DNA of 64,000 bases from Phyllosticta citribraziliensis (lineage: Eukaryota): assembly GCF_038025025.1 (NCBI RefSeq), contig NW_027117349.1, forward strand, positions 620,001 through 684,000, written 5' to 3'. Every line of letters starts with the position of its first letter. The first letter of the stretch is position 1. The notes below the pieces were generated by a model, which did not search any database, was not told where the DNA came from, and worked only from the letters and a program-made list of their open reading frames with translations. Of this stretch, positions 23,529 through 35,615 are shown in pieces. The position numbers and the translations under genes were made by a program.

Positions 23529-24019
23529 ACAGACCTGGACGACGACCACCTAGAAAAGTCGTCGCTGCTCTGGCGGCTTCTGCCTCAGGCAACTGCGTCA
23601 TCAGACAGCGACGACGCGGAGATGGATTTCCTCGAAGACGGAGACGACGCGCCCGAGGAGTACTGGCGCTTGATTGACAAGATGGACGGCGACGGCGCCA
23701 TGGGAGGACAACGTGCTAAAGATACCAAGACCGCCGCGAAAAGCGCTGCGGCGGTCAGATGCCACATTGCCGAGCTTCATTCTGTGCGGGTTCCAAAGAG
23801 CAGGGGGAGGGGCACCAAGAGGGGCGTTCGCTGTTCGCTGATGGAGAGGATTGAGGAGTGACTGGAGGCGACATTTTCACCCCTGCAACCCCAAACTCAA
23901 TCATCTTTTAGGCGATGCGCACTAAACCCAGTCGGTGGTGGAAGGGACGAAACGTCCTTCTCGTTGGAAAGCATCATCGCACTGCTGCTCTGTTTGGATC
24001 AGATCGGAGGAACCCGCCC

Positions 24020-24170
24020 TGTTTTTTTCTCGATTTTTGCCTTTTTTTTCTTTTCCCTCTTGTTTTCTTCTTCTTCTTCTTCTCTTCGATGTCCAATTTG
24101 TCCTAACTTTTACATTACCTACCTTACACTACACCACCCAACCAACCAACCCAACCCAACCCCCCCTTGA
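24020..24170. repeat. Low-complexity T/TTC and CAAC repeats in a convergent spacer
   Basis: T-runs, (TTC)n and (CCAA)n are directly visible. Confidence 0.8.
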
Positions 24171-25090
24171 CGACATACTACTAGAAGAACACCCACCACC
24201 ACTACAAACGAGGAAATCATCACATAAACTACCTTACGCTACAAATGACGACGGGTACCACTCGCCTCAAATCATAAATTATACCTTATTCGATAAGACT
24301 GCGGGCCCCTGGATTGAACCTTTCTTTCTCTGCCGTTCTGTTCGACTGCGTTTTTCTCAGACGGCACAAGCAAGGGAGGGGGGAAAGACCGAAATCCGCC
24401 TTCCCCTGCCTGTCTTGTCCCTCGTCGTCGGAGGTCGGCTGCGCTTCCCTCATGGATGGATTCACGTGTCTGCGCTTTCTGGCTTCGGTTCTCCCTTCTC
24501 CCCTGTTTCTTCGTTGCCTTTTACTTTTCTTCTATCCATCTTCTTCTTCTTCCCTTCGCCTTGAAGATAGACAACCTTTACGAGACAAACGGATGTACGG
24601 CACAGCAGCAGCAGCAGGAGCAGCAACATACAAATAGACCTCATACCCTTTCAACAGCCAGACAGACAGACTTGTTTATCATCCACTTTTCCCTTTCTGT
24701 ATATAGATACTCTTACAACGACGATGACTTTTACTCCTACTTTTATTACCACTACTTGAGCACGCCCGCATTGCGTCTTCCTCTCCGTCTGCCGTGCCGC
24801 TGCGGTCATCCTATATGCTGTGCGGGTCTTCTTCTTTGAATTCGGAGGCTTGGTCAGGTAGAGATACCGGTAGCCACGTGCCACAGGACAGACAAGAACC
24901 AAAGGACGGGAGAAGCATCGCATGTCCAGCCGGTACTGGAGTGCGACTGATTCTCACGTGCATTAAACATTCACACAACTGAAAGTTGCGTCTCTTCCTC
25001 AAATGTCCCTAAAGCCACACAAAGCAAGCTGTCCCCGCGATTTCACTCTCAACTCCCTCCCTTATTTCATCAAATACACACCACCACTCC

Positions 25091-27061
25091 CTACCAGCTA
25101 AACGTCTCAACGTGCAACTTGACCTCAGCCACGTCGCCCCGCCAAACCGCCTTCTGCTCCGCCGCGCAAGCATTCGCAACCGCATCGTTCAACCCGCTCG
25201 GCCCACACGAAAAGACGAACAAACGCTTGCCCGGCACCGCCGTCGTCTCCCTCTTGACGTCTTCCCTTGGCTCCGGCCGGCCAGGAAACACGTCGCCGAC
25301 AGCCTTCATGCGCTCGTACAGCGGATCCGGCACAGCGTCGACGCGGATTTCCTTGCCCTTCTCCTTATCCTTGCCCGCCTGCGCGCTGTGCTCGCTCAAG
25401 AAGCCGCCGTCGCCACCCGTGACGTGCAGGCGGACCTTGACCTGGACGGACCCAGCCGCGCCGACGGCCTGCTGCAGCTCCTTGGCCGCCCACTCGAAGC
25501 TTTGCGGATCGCGAAAGACCCAGACCAGCGTGATGCTGTCCAGCCGCACCCGCCGACGCGTCAGGGCGGCCATGTGCAGGAGCCAGGGGAGACAGGCCGA
25601 CACGCCGCTGCCGCCGGCCACGAGCAGGATCGAGTCGTAGCGTTGCTCGAGACGACGAGGGTACGGGAACCCGCCGTAGGGCCCGTCGACCGAGACGGAC
25701 GTGTCGAAGGCCTCGTCTTCGGAAACTTTGCACTGCGCTGCCAGACGGCGGGTGAAGCCGTCACGGACCTTGACGAGGAAGACGAGGGTGGTCGACTCTT
25801 TGGCCTTTTCGTCGTCGTCGCTGCCGCCGCCGCCCCGCGTCGGAGCCGACGCAATGGTGAATGGATGGTGGTCGTACGGGGCGAGGCGATTGAAACGCAG
25901 GAAGCAGTGCTGCGCGGGCGTAAAGTTGAAGCTCTCGGGGCGATCAACCTCGATGCGGACCAAGTTTGCTGGAAGTAGCTGCACCGTCGCTTGGGCGCCT
26001 ACGAACCATGGCGATCTGACATTGGTCGATCGCATGCACCAGAAGAGGCGGACAAGCCAGGACGCCAGCCAGACGGCCAGCGTCACCCAGAGATAGGCCC
26101 AGGAATCGCGCTCATTGCCCGAGTGCCAGAAGAGCAGGCCGAGGTAGGTGATGGAAAGTAGAATGTGGCCGACGTAGAAGGACTCGTAGAACCGCTCGCG
26201 CACTTGACGGATGGAGAAGACACAGAGCCCAAAGAGCATAGCCAGCGGCGGCGTTCCCGAGTACTAAGATTTCAAGTCTGGTCAGCTTCAACCGCAATGG
26301 TAAAAGGCTGGAGCTGCTCCACTTACCTCGGACACGCCGGGAGAATTGTAATAAAACTCGCTCTTGACGCGCTGGAAGCCACCGTTGCCACGATCTCGAA
26401 CACTTGCAAGGAAAAACGGAATGGTATGGATCAAGCTGACGACAAAAACAATCCAGCCGACCCACTGGTGCACAATGTTGAGGCGCTCGTGGCTGATGCC
26501 CGTCAGCAGGGTGACGATGTTTGCTTTGCCGGCCAGGGCAATCAGGATGGGGTGGCAGGCAAAGGCAATGAGCCCGCAGCGAATGGCAATTGGCGGCGAC
26601 CCGTAGCCAAAATGCGGGCGATAGTAGGGACGCTCGGCAAAGATGATGGCGGCCAGAAAGACGACGGTGATGAGGAGAAAGACGACAAGACCGGCCCGGG
26701 GCAGAGCAATGCACGAGTACCTTTGGCCCTTGGATCGGTAAAAGGCGAAGCGTCCAAGAGCCCTGGCTTTGTCGAGTGCTCCAGCGCCGGACTGTTGTGT
26801 AGAAGAGGCGGGACGAGACGAGGCACGCCTGTCCATGATGGTGTTGCAGGCGTGCCAAACTGCCAACACGCCGACGGCGGCAATCCAGTAGTAGGCGGTC
26901 CAGTGGCCGTAGACAAACTGGCCAGCCCAGGGCGTCTCTGCTTGTGAAGCATTCTCAGCGGCGTAAAAGGCTGTGCAGCACTCCATGGCCTTGACGCAGC
27001 GAGGGTCGCTGACGGGCAATGCGGCGACACTTGGGTCGCATTCCTTGCTACCCATGTCCAT
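25091..27061 (-). CDS. Ferric/metal reductase-like transmembrane flavocytochrome (FRE family)
   Basis: Exons 27061-26327 and 26263-25091 (635 aa). Heme His motifs HERLNIVHQW..SLIH and YESFYVGH..LFWH; FAD HPFTIAS; NADPH VDGPYGG and VAGGSGVS; C-terminal ETFSW. Confidence 0.92.
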
Positions 27062-27747
27062 GCTGAGGCGACGTTGTAGGCAACACTTGGAGGGTTGTGC
27101 AGATAGTCGAGGTTAGCTAGTTGTCACCGGCTAGGATGACTCTGGCTATATTTGTAGTTGACGGGTGGTTGATGCAGCATGAGCAGCTGCCGTCGATGAG
27201 CCAGCCACCTGAGGCAGGAAGCGCAAACGGAAAACTAGACGACGCAATACCGTACGCCTCAGGTTCCTTATTCGGGATGACAAAGTCTCTCAATCCACCG
27301 CACTCCTGCCGTCTGGCGGATGGTAGAAGAAAGCCATGATTGTGGCATATGGTACATGCCAGTAGTCAGCCAGCCCGCGGTACGCTACCCGCAAGAGGAA
27401 ATGCCGGATTCGGCAAGGAACCGACTGTGCGGCATGCGGGAGAAAAACTGGCGCAAACCTGCTCAACCCTCGACGTCCGAGTAAGGGAGGCTGACAGTTC
27501 CATGGACGGGAAGAAGCTGAGGTGCAGAATGGACTCTTCGAGTCGAGGGCCCGTCATCTTTCGCTAATCGCACCAGACAGACGACCCATCCAGACAATCT
27601 GATGTATATCAACAATGTCATCGCGATCAGTGACCGACTTTTAGTCACTGCAGCTGCCCCCCCGTCAGTCAACCTTCTCCGTTAACTTCGTCTTGTCCGA
27701 CCAACCACGCCAATCTGTTTTCATAGGTAGACCTACGTCTGACTCCC

Positions 27748-29410
27748 TTACCTCCTCGTCAACTTTACTCTCAAAGGCCCGATCAAATCCGCAATGGCAA
27801 AGCTATGCGTCGGCGGCATCCCACCCACGCTCTCATCCCCCACCAACTCCATCTTGTACCTCCTAATCAAGCTGACTGCGACCTTGTTAATCTCCGCCGT
27901 CGCCAAATTGCGTCCAATACAAGCGCGATGGCCGGCGCCAAACGGCATCAGCAACTTCTGCCGCGCGCCGGCGTCCTCGCCGTCCGTCGCCCACCGCTCG
28001 GGCACGAAGCGCTCCAGCTCGCCGCCAAACACGGATGGGTCGTGTTGCAGCGCAAAGCTACAGACAGACACGTCGGTGCCTCCAGGGAGTAGCGTCGAGC
28101 TGCCAATGCGCGCGCCACCTGCAGGTACGACGCGCATGAGCGGCATCGTGAAGACGGGCGACATGCGGTGGGTTTCGGTGATGGAGGCAGAGAGGTATCT
28201 GAGGTGTGTTGTTGCGCTGTAGGGCGTGCAGGCTGCAGCCGCATCGGAGCCGTCACTCTTTTCCCCTGAAGACGGCACTTGCGACAAGACTTCGTGTTCG
28301 AGCTTTGCAAATACGGACGGATTGTGCAGCAGATGCCAGAAGAGAAACGTGATGGTGGTGGCCGTGGTGTGGGAGCCGGCGATGATGAACCCAAAGGCTT
28401 CGGTCTGCACGTCGGCAATGTCCAGCGTCCCGTCCTCGTTGTTGCCGCCTTTAGCAATGCCGCGCTCGTACTCCTCGATCAGCTTGGCCAAGAGGTCACG
28501 CCGCGTTGGGTCTGGCTTGCTGAGACGAGCAGTCACGCAGTCAATCGCCATCTGGAGGAATCAGTGGTTGGATTCAGGGGATACCGGAGGTAGATTACCT
28601 GACGAAGCTTCCCTCTCCCCTTCAACACGCGTTGGACGAACGGAACAGGCACATGTCCCAAATACCGGTTCACATACGGAACCAACCAAGGCAGCTGACC
28701 ACTCAGCATGGCCAGCATGAGGTGATCCTTCAGGGGCGGCATCGCATTAACATCGCCCTGTTCCAGCATGCCAAAGGAGCGAGCAAACGCCAGCTCGCCC
28801 AGCACGTCGATGACAAAGAACGCCACCCAGTCCTTCAAGTTGATCGTCTCGCCCGCGTCCGCAGCGCGGTCGAGCCGCGATATCAGCTCGGCCAGGCACG
28901 CGTCGATGTGCGGCTCCATCTGCACAACCGACTGCATGGAGAAGCCCGGCGTCAGCGCGCGCTTGCGCGCCGAGTGGATCACCTCGTCCGTGGTGCCGAA
29001 GATGTTGGGCCGCAGCGCCGTGAAGCCGTTGTAAAAGGAACTGCAAGAAAAAATCACGGTAAGCTAGCGTCTTCAACACTACACTTCCACTCATCCCCCA
29101 GAAGCCACGTCCCCAGACACGCCGCTGAGCTCGCCCACCTTTTGACCCACGACTTGCCGGCCAGAAAGACATCTTTGACCGCGTCGCCGGAGCTGATGTC
29201 GACGTGATTGGGTCCGATGCGCACGATGCGCCCGTGCTTGCGGTGCAGCTCAAGAATCGCATGTTCGTAGTCGCCCCGCGCAACGTGGTACACTTTCCAC
29301 AGGTTGGTAAGGGCCGCGACGCGTGGGCCCGGGTACCTGGCCAGCGGGTGGAGAAACGCCAGATAGACCAGGTAGAGGGCGAGGAAAGCGGGAATGATGA
29401 GGCCTAGCAT
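27748..29410 (-). CDS. Cytochrome P450 (benzoate 4-hydroxylase/pisatin demethylase-like group)
   Basis: Exons 29410-29139, 29040-28599 and 28551-27748 (505 aa). N-terminal TM plus HPLARYPGP, VRIGPN, AGSHTT, ETHR, PERW, heme motif PFGAGHRACIG. Confidence 0.94.
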
Positions 29411-30011
29411 GTTGAAAGCAGACCGCCGGCAGGTCAATCACTGCGGCATGACTGTCATCGTTTGAGGGGCGTTTCGCGAATAAGTATTTCTGGCTGCGAG
29501 ACAATTGGTTTGCGTGTTGTGTGACGGAACAGCCGGTAAACGGTGGTGGAGCGGCAAGTGACGGGAATGGGAAGCTCGGGAGCTTGCATGTACCCCGCAA
29601 GTCGTCAATTGACCAATGGGAACCAGCCGACGTGTAGTGAAACAACAAAATAGCGTCCGCTCAAGTGCTGTAACTATTCGTTGCGGGCCAACATTTCAAA
29701 GCCTCGGTCTCGCAGCTTAGCCGGACAACGAACTGGAAGTCCTCGCAAGCAAGTGCGGACGACAGACGGCTGCAGTGGAGCAGGAATAGTGTCATGTCGA
29801 GATTGCCCTTGGCTCGACGGCTGCTGGTAGATCAACAACGCCCGACTCGCGACGTGGATTGTCCAACGTTTGCATTGACCATGGCAGCATGCCACGTTCT
29901 GATTCTAACATCGACAGCAATCTAAAGGACCTGTTGTAAGCAACGCAGCAAACGCTCAAACGACGCCAAAGCAGAGAGGAGAACAGAACAAACAACGCAG
30001 CGCAACCAGCC

Positions 30012-31446
30012 TTACAACGAAGCACTGTGGCCATTCGACCCATTGGCCTTGGGGGCGTCAATCTCCTTGAACAGCCTGTCATACTCGTCCTCAGCCACCT
30101 TCATGCAATCGTGGCCATAGATCATCTTTTGCACCTCGGCATCCGCCCACTTGTCCGGCACCTTGCCGCCAGTCTTGGAGCCGTTCTTGAGCTCCGCAAA
30201 CGCCTTGTCGCGCTCCTCCTTGGCCTTGCCCTCGCCAAGGTGCAGCGCGCGGCCTGACGCCGCTGCCAGCTCGACCAGCGTCTCGGTGCGCTCGCGCCGC
30301 AGCTGCTCGTACACGCGGAGCGTCTTGTTGACCGTCTCAGTGCTGGCGTCGGGCATCTTGGACAGCACGACGCCGAGGACGGCGGCGTCTTCGATGGCCT
30401 GCGCCGCGCCCTGGGCCAGGTGGGGAAGCGTCGGGTGGCATGCGTCGCCGACGAGGGCCGTGGTGCCGTGCACCCAGGTGGGCAGAGGCGAGTGCACGCG
30501 GAGCTTCCACTCGACGACCTCGCCCTCGGGGACGAGATCCAGCATGCGGTGGATCATGGGGCAAAAGTCGCCAAAGACCTTGAGCATCTCCGTCTTTGAT
30601 CCCTTGGTGGTGTAGGTTATTGAGGGGGCTTCCGCAAAGTTGGTGTCGGGCTGGATGGTGGAGATGTTGTAGATGGTCTTGTTGGAGATGGGATACGCGA
30701 TGATGTGGCGCTTTTCGCCGATCCACCGCGTAACGCACTCCGCGTCGATGAGCTTGGAGAGGTCTGGGTCCTTCTTCATTTCGTCTCGCGTCAGGAGAAT
30801 GCGGTAGGCGGCTTGGCCAGTGTCTACGACGGATGCAGTGATGTCGAGTTCCTTGAGCATTTGAGCCCGTATGTTGCTCTTAACACCATCGCAGGCGAGG
30901 AGAACGTCCGTCTCGACTTCGTACGAATCTCCGCCCGCAGTTGGCTGGACCACGAACTTGGCCTTTGGACCAAACGACTTGACTTCTTGTACGATGGATC
31001 CGAGGTGGAAATGGACTCCAGGCTGTGCCTTTGCACCATTGTACAGTCCTCCAGCGAGCGACGCCCGGTGCCCAACCATGTGCGGAAAGTCATACTGCTC
31101 GCGAATATAGTTCAGGTCCACGTATGCCAGCTCCTGGTCCGTCGAGCCTTGCCGAATGCTCGTTCCCCTGAGGTCTACTGATTCGGCCTCAATCTCTTTC
31201 CATACTCCCAGATTGTCCAGTACCCGAGCCAGGTTTGTTGCCAATTGGATGCCGGCTCCAACGAATCCAAGGTCTGGCGCAATCTCGTATACGTGAACGT
31301 TCTTGAAGCCGCGCTTTCCGAGTGCAAGAGCGCTTGCCAAACCGCCCATTCCTACAAATCTTGGTGAGCGATGTCGGCTTTTGCTGAAACAATGGAAAAT
31401 TACCTGAGCCGATGACAGCGATGTGCAAATCATGAATGCTGCCCAT
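30012..31446 (-). CDS. FAD-dependent monooxygenase (salicylate hydroxylase-like, group A)
   Basis: Exons 31446-31404 and 31351-30012 (460 aa). Splicing restores IAVIGSGMGGL (GxGxxG). DG motif ACDGVKS; GD motif VGDACHPTLPHLAQGAAQAIED. Confidence 0.93.
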
Positions 31447-32291
31447 ATTGTCAAGAGAGCTGTCAATGAGAGGGTCGTGGGTGCAGAGCGTTGGAGTTAA
31501 GATAGAGGCTTGCTATATAGCAGCCAAGGCTATCGTAGCTCAACTTCCTCGATCACCGGCAGTGTCAATCGGAGCAACAGACATTACGTTGACGACGCGG
31601 GGCACCCCGCAGTCGCCAGCCAGCAGAGGCCCACGGCAGTTCAGGCGGCGGGGCGGGAGCGGCGGTGCCATGGCCTTGGTTTGGCTAGTCTCAGGGTCGA
31701 TGACTACCTAGTCGGGCGTTATTCTGAGACCGATGTTTCTGAATGGACGGCATCATCTCCAGAACCATGTCTTGATTAAAGCCGCGTCGACGACGTCGGA
31801 GGCGGTTATTGGCTTTTCCGCCTGTCGAATTTCAGGCGGTGGCAGAATCATCGGAATCGGGCGACGGTTCTTGTCGGCTGCAATTTTGGTGCCGATTGCG
31901 CTGCCTCGGGGTTACGCTGTCGGATCCGACTGTGACGGCCGAGTATCACTGGCTGGCAGACTTGTTGTTTGCATACATTTGAATTCCCGTTGACCCTTCC
32001 CTTGTAGATTTGGATGATCAAAGACAGTCAATGAGTATAGAACACGGCTGTCTATGTGCCGTTTGTTTGCCAGGGCCAATGTAAGCAGACCGAAACTGTG
32101 CAAGGTCCTTCAAGAACACCACGGCAATGACGCAGCAGGTGCCAAAATGGAGACCGCTTATGCTGCAGAAATTTGGACGCTTTGGAGAAAGCGGAAAAGA
32201 TGCCAAACACCGCAAATATGCTCAACATCAATGTTGAAATGCCAAAAACAAAGAGACACAGATCGAAAAGATGAAAGAGAAACAGGAAACG

Positions 32292-33719
32292 TCAGGAAGA
32301 AGCAGCAAGCTCCTCGGCATACCTCACCCACCTCCTTACAACCTCATCAACAGCCTTGACGCCGTCCCTGCTTGCTTCAACTTCAAACCATTCTTTGTGT
32401 TGCTTGCCACACTCTTTGCAATCACGCATGACGCGTTGGTCCATCAATTCGATGTGAATGAGTCGCTCGACCCGGTGGACGTGCGGGCACTTGCGCACCC
32501 CCTTGGCATCCGTACCGTCTCCCTTGGGACCTACCAGAGTAGATGGCCCGGGCGAACCAGATGGCGATGCTTGTGGAGAGTGCACATACGGATAGTAGCG
32601 GACCAGGGAAGGCACTTTGCCGCATTGACGCTGCCATTCATTCATGCGCCGGTAAACGTTGTTGGCGCGACCTATTTTGAGAAGAATGTGTTTGTCTTCT
32701 TTTTTGCGAGACTTTGAGTTGCCCGCAACGCCTCGAGGACTGCTTCCGTCGGCTTTGATGCTGTACGAACGCAACAAATCACTGGTACGGCGGTTGGCAT
32801 CTGGCCGTGAGGGCGCAGAAAGAAGATCCGAAGCGTCTCTATCCGAAGGTTTGGCGTCGTCGGTCGTTTCTGTCAGCCAGAAGATGTAAATGAAACCTGG
32901 CTCGTCGCTCTTTGAAATTGGCTTAGAAGCTTCAGCCAAAAGTTGGGAGGCTTTTTCGGGAGAGACTGATGAGGGAATAAAAGATAGGAGCCACGATGTT
33001 TTGTTGCTGGGATCTATGGTTGGAGATGATTGGTCGGAGGGACGAGGCGATGGTCGGGGCGGCTTTGATTGTTGCGGTGGTCGCGAAGTCTGAGGGACCT
33101 GGCTCATTCCTGGCTGGTTGCCCTGCTGTCGCTTGCGGCGCACAATTTCGTAGTCGTCGTCGTTGTTGCCCAGACACATGCAGCAAAGCGAGGCCCAAAA
33201 AGAAGGCTCTTCCTTCTTTACGGGAAGTCGATATTCACCACCAGAGGCGGCTCCTGTAGGCACAGAGAGAAGCGGTCCTTGGACGTTGTTCCACGTCGGA
33301 GGCCGTTGAATCTTGCCTTGGCCGCCACTCTGTGCTGTCTTGTTTGGCTTCCTGCCAGGCTTGGTGTTGCCATCTTCAACATCGAGTATCCCCAGCCGAC
33401 CAACCAATGTGTCTATACTGCTCCTCTCTTTCAAGGGCACAATGTGGGTGTCTGCTCGGGCCGGCTTGTTTGGCGTGCTCGAGTTCTTTTGCACCAACTT
33501 TTCAGCTTGGTCCTTGTGCTGCCAGCAAAAGAAGGCGGCGGCAGTCTCAACGTCGTCAATTCGGCTAACGGCCAGGACACCGTTTTTGGAGGGCTTGTTG
33601 GCGGATATGTCGCGGCGACAAGGCTTGCCAGCAGACGTCAGTCCCTTGCAGGTAGTAGCAGGGTTCTTGGAGTCGTTGCGGCCAAGACGGGCCTCGGGAG
33701 CGTGGGAAAAGTGCGGCAT
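32292..33719 (-). CDS. MUG113/T5orf172 (DUF1766, GIY-YIG-related) domain protein
   Basis: Single exon, 475 aa. Motifs GFIYIF, LLKIGRANNVYRRMNEW, VERLIHIEL, CKECGKQHKEWF. N-terminal CKG..PCRR..FCWQH putative Zn motif. Confidence 0.85.
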   Translation of the reverse strand: MPHFSHAPEARLGRNDSKNPATTCKGLTSAGKPCRRDISANKPSKNGVLAVSRIDDVETAAAFFCWQHKDQAEKLVQKNSSTPNKPARADTHIVPLKERSSIDTLVGRLGILDVEDGNTKPGRKPNKTAQSGGQGKIQRPPTWNNVQGPLLSVPTGAASGGEYRLPVKKEEPSFWASLCCMCLGNNDDDYEIVRRKRQQGNQPGMSQVPQTSRPPQQSKPPRPSPRPSDQSSPTIDPSNKTSWLLSFIPSSVSPEKASQLLAEASKPISKSDEPGFIYIFWLTETTDDAKPSDRDASDLLSAPSRPDANRRTSDLLRSYSIKADGSSPRGVAGNSKSRKKEDKHILLKIGRANNVYRRMNEWQRQCGKVPSLVRYYPYVHSPQASPSGSPGPSTLVGPKGDGTDAKGVRKCPHVHRVERLIHIELMDQRVMRDCKECGKQHKEWFEVEASRDGVKAVDEVVRRWVRYAEELAASS

Positions 33720-34312
33720 GTCCAGGCACGGATTGGCAGGGGCGGAGCGAGTAAAGAGTGGGTTAAAGCGAAAATCTGGGGGCTAGGTAGAGTCGGCGGC
33801 TAGTCAGCAGAGTTGATGATGGAAGTTGAATCAACCTGGGTCTCCCGGGGGCGCCGAAGAGGTGGTTAGGAGAGCACATGGTTCGAGAGTTGACATGGCG
33901 TCACAGGGACAGGCAGCCAGCGGTGTGTGGCAGGGCAGGGCAGGGCAGGCTATGGCCTTCCTTCGTATACGGACGGCTGGTGGGGACTCGACCGAGAGGA
34001 GGTTGGCGTTGGGTTGGCCAGCGTCGAGGCACAGGCACAGGACCTGCAGCCGGTGCGCCGCGCCACTGTGGCTGAGGGACGTCGGGTCGGTTGGCTCCAC
34101 ACGTCCTCCAATAGAGCCGACCTGCTGCAGTGTCCTCTTTCACCACTGCATCACTCGCTCCCGCTCGACCTCAACCCACGTCACAACTCTGCGCACGTTC
34201 CCTCGTCTATTCGCTCTGCATCAATTCTTTCTAACTCGCCGTCCTTGATTTCGCTCATTGCTACGCCCGAGCCCGAACCTCACCCCGATCCGCCTCGTCG
34301 CAAATCGCCGTC

Positions 34313-34921
34313 ATGGAAGAGGATACGTTTGTCCAGCTGCCTCTCCGCATGGACCCCCAGACAAAGGCCATTTCCGCTTCGTCGCCCTCGATCCCACTGC
34401 AAAAGGAAATCAACCAGGTCAACGCCCTGCACCGCAGCATCATCTCGCTCGACACGCCCGGCCAGACGCCTCCACCGCCAGTGCCAGTCCACCCCAAGCG
34501 CAGCGCGCAAATCACCAAGCTGCGCGAGTCTGGCAACACGTCCTATAAGAAGGGTCAGCACGGCGATGCGGTTCGCATGTACAGCCTGGCAATCGACATG
34601 GCGCTGCAGCGGCCTGCGTGGGAGCCCAGTGGCTTGGTCAGAGAGGAATTGACGGGACTCTACTCGAATCGGGCACAAGCGTACATGGCCATGCAAAACT
34701 GGGCCGAGGGAGCCGTAGACGCCGAGACGAGTGTCGAGCTCAAGAAGGTTGGCAACGCAAAAGCCTGGTGGAGGCGGGGAAGGTGTTTGGTCGAGATGGG
34801 CAGGGCAAAGGAAGCCAAGGAATGGGTCAGAAGCGCACTCGAGTTTGAGCCGCAGGAATCGGATTTGTTGAGTCTCGACAAAGAGGTTGACGCATTGTTG
34901 GCCCGGGGTAAGAGCGATTGA
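34313..34921 (+). CDS. SEC72: Translocon-associated TPR protein Sec72
   Basis: 202 aa: DTFVQLPL, PPPPVPVHPKRSAQITKLRESGN, RPAWEPSGLVREEL..LYSNRAQA, AKAWWRRGRCL. Confidence 0.88.
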   Translation: MEEDTFVQLPLRMDPQTKAISASSPSIPLQKEINQVNALHRSIISLDTPGQTPPPPVPVHPKRSAQITKLRESGNTSYKKGQHGDAVRMYSLAIDMALQRPAWEPSGLVREELTGLYSNRAQAYMAMQNWAEGAVDAETSVELKKVGNAKAWWRRGRCLVEMGRAKEAKEWVRSALEFEPQESDLLSLDKEVDALLARGKSD

Positions 34922-35615
34922 GGCGGGAGCTGTGGGAGTCTGATGGGAGCAAGGAACTGGCGGGGGGGAATCGTGAAAGGATCGACCTGAGGCTATGGTG
35001 AGGTGCAGAAGCGCCATGAGAGGGTTGGCGGGGCTGTTTGATCAGGCGCCGGCACGGCACGGCTGTACAACCGGGGAACTCTAGTCGCTCGGGTTTCGTT
35101 TGCGTTTGCAACGAGTCATTTGTTTTCGGTTAGAGGGTACAGTAACTACATGTACTGTAGTCGAGATTGAATTCAGGTTCATCAAGTCGACGGGCATGCC
35201 GAAGCTCTTCGGGCCGTCCCTCGCGACGGTTTCCAGGGTGCATGGACTGCGCCACAGACGCGTCTAAAATAGGCATCCCACTCCAAGGCCCCAGGCACAT
35301 TGCCCCGTCCGCGTAATTGCGCGTGCACGCCTGGCTTCAGGTTTGACACCGCTGCTTCGCTTTCGCCCAGGAAGAGGCTTAGAAGCCCACTCGCAAGTCT
35401 TTCCAAGCGCCACTCCTCGCCCGTCTCTACATCTTCACCCTCGACTCCCCGTCAACTCTATCCTACACCATCCGCCCCTCTCGACTGCATACCGTACTCG
35501 ACTCTCACCCCCGAGTCATCTGTGACGTCGTCCTGCTTCCCACCGAGACACAACCTCCGCCATCCCCCGTTCCTCGACTGTCCCCTCCTGCCATCCAACC
35601 CCCGCGCTCTTCAAG

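Noticed and set aside
25112..26947. Plus-strand 288- and 260-aa ORFs
   Set aside because: Antisense to the GC-rich ferric reductase.
27590..27612. ATCTGATG upstream of FRE as an iron-responsive SreA/GATA site
   Set aside because: Imperfect match to ATCWGATAA and a single copy; not supportable.
31352..31466. ORF-track N-terminus of the monooxygenase (signal-peptide-like MTALLTIWAAF...)
   Set aside because: Artefact of reading through an intron; the true start at 31446 restores the GxGxxG motif.
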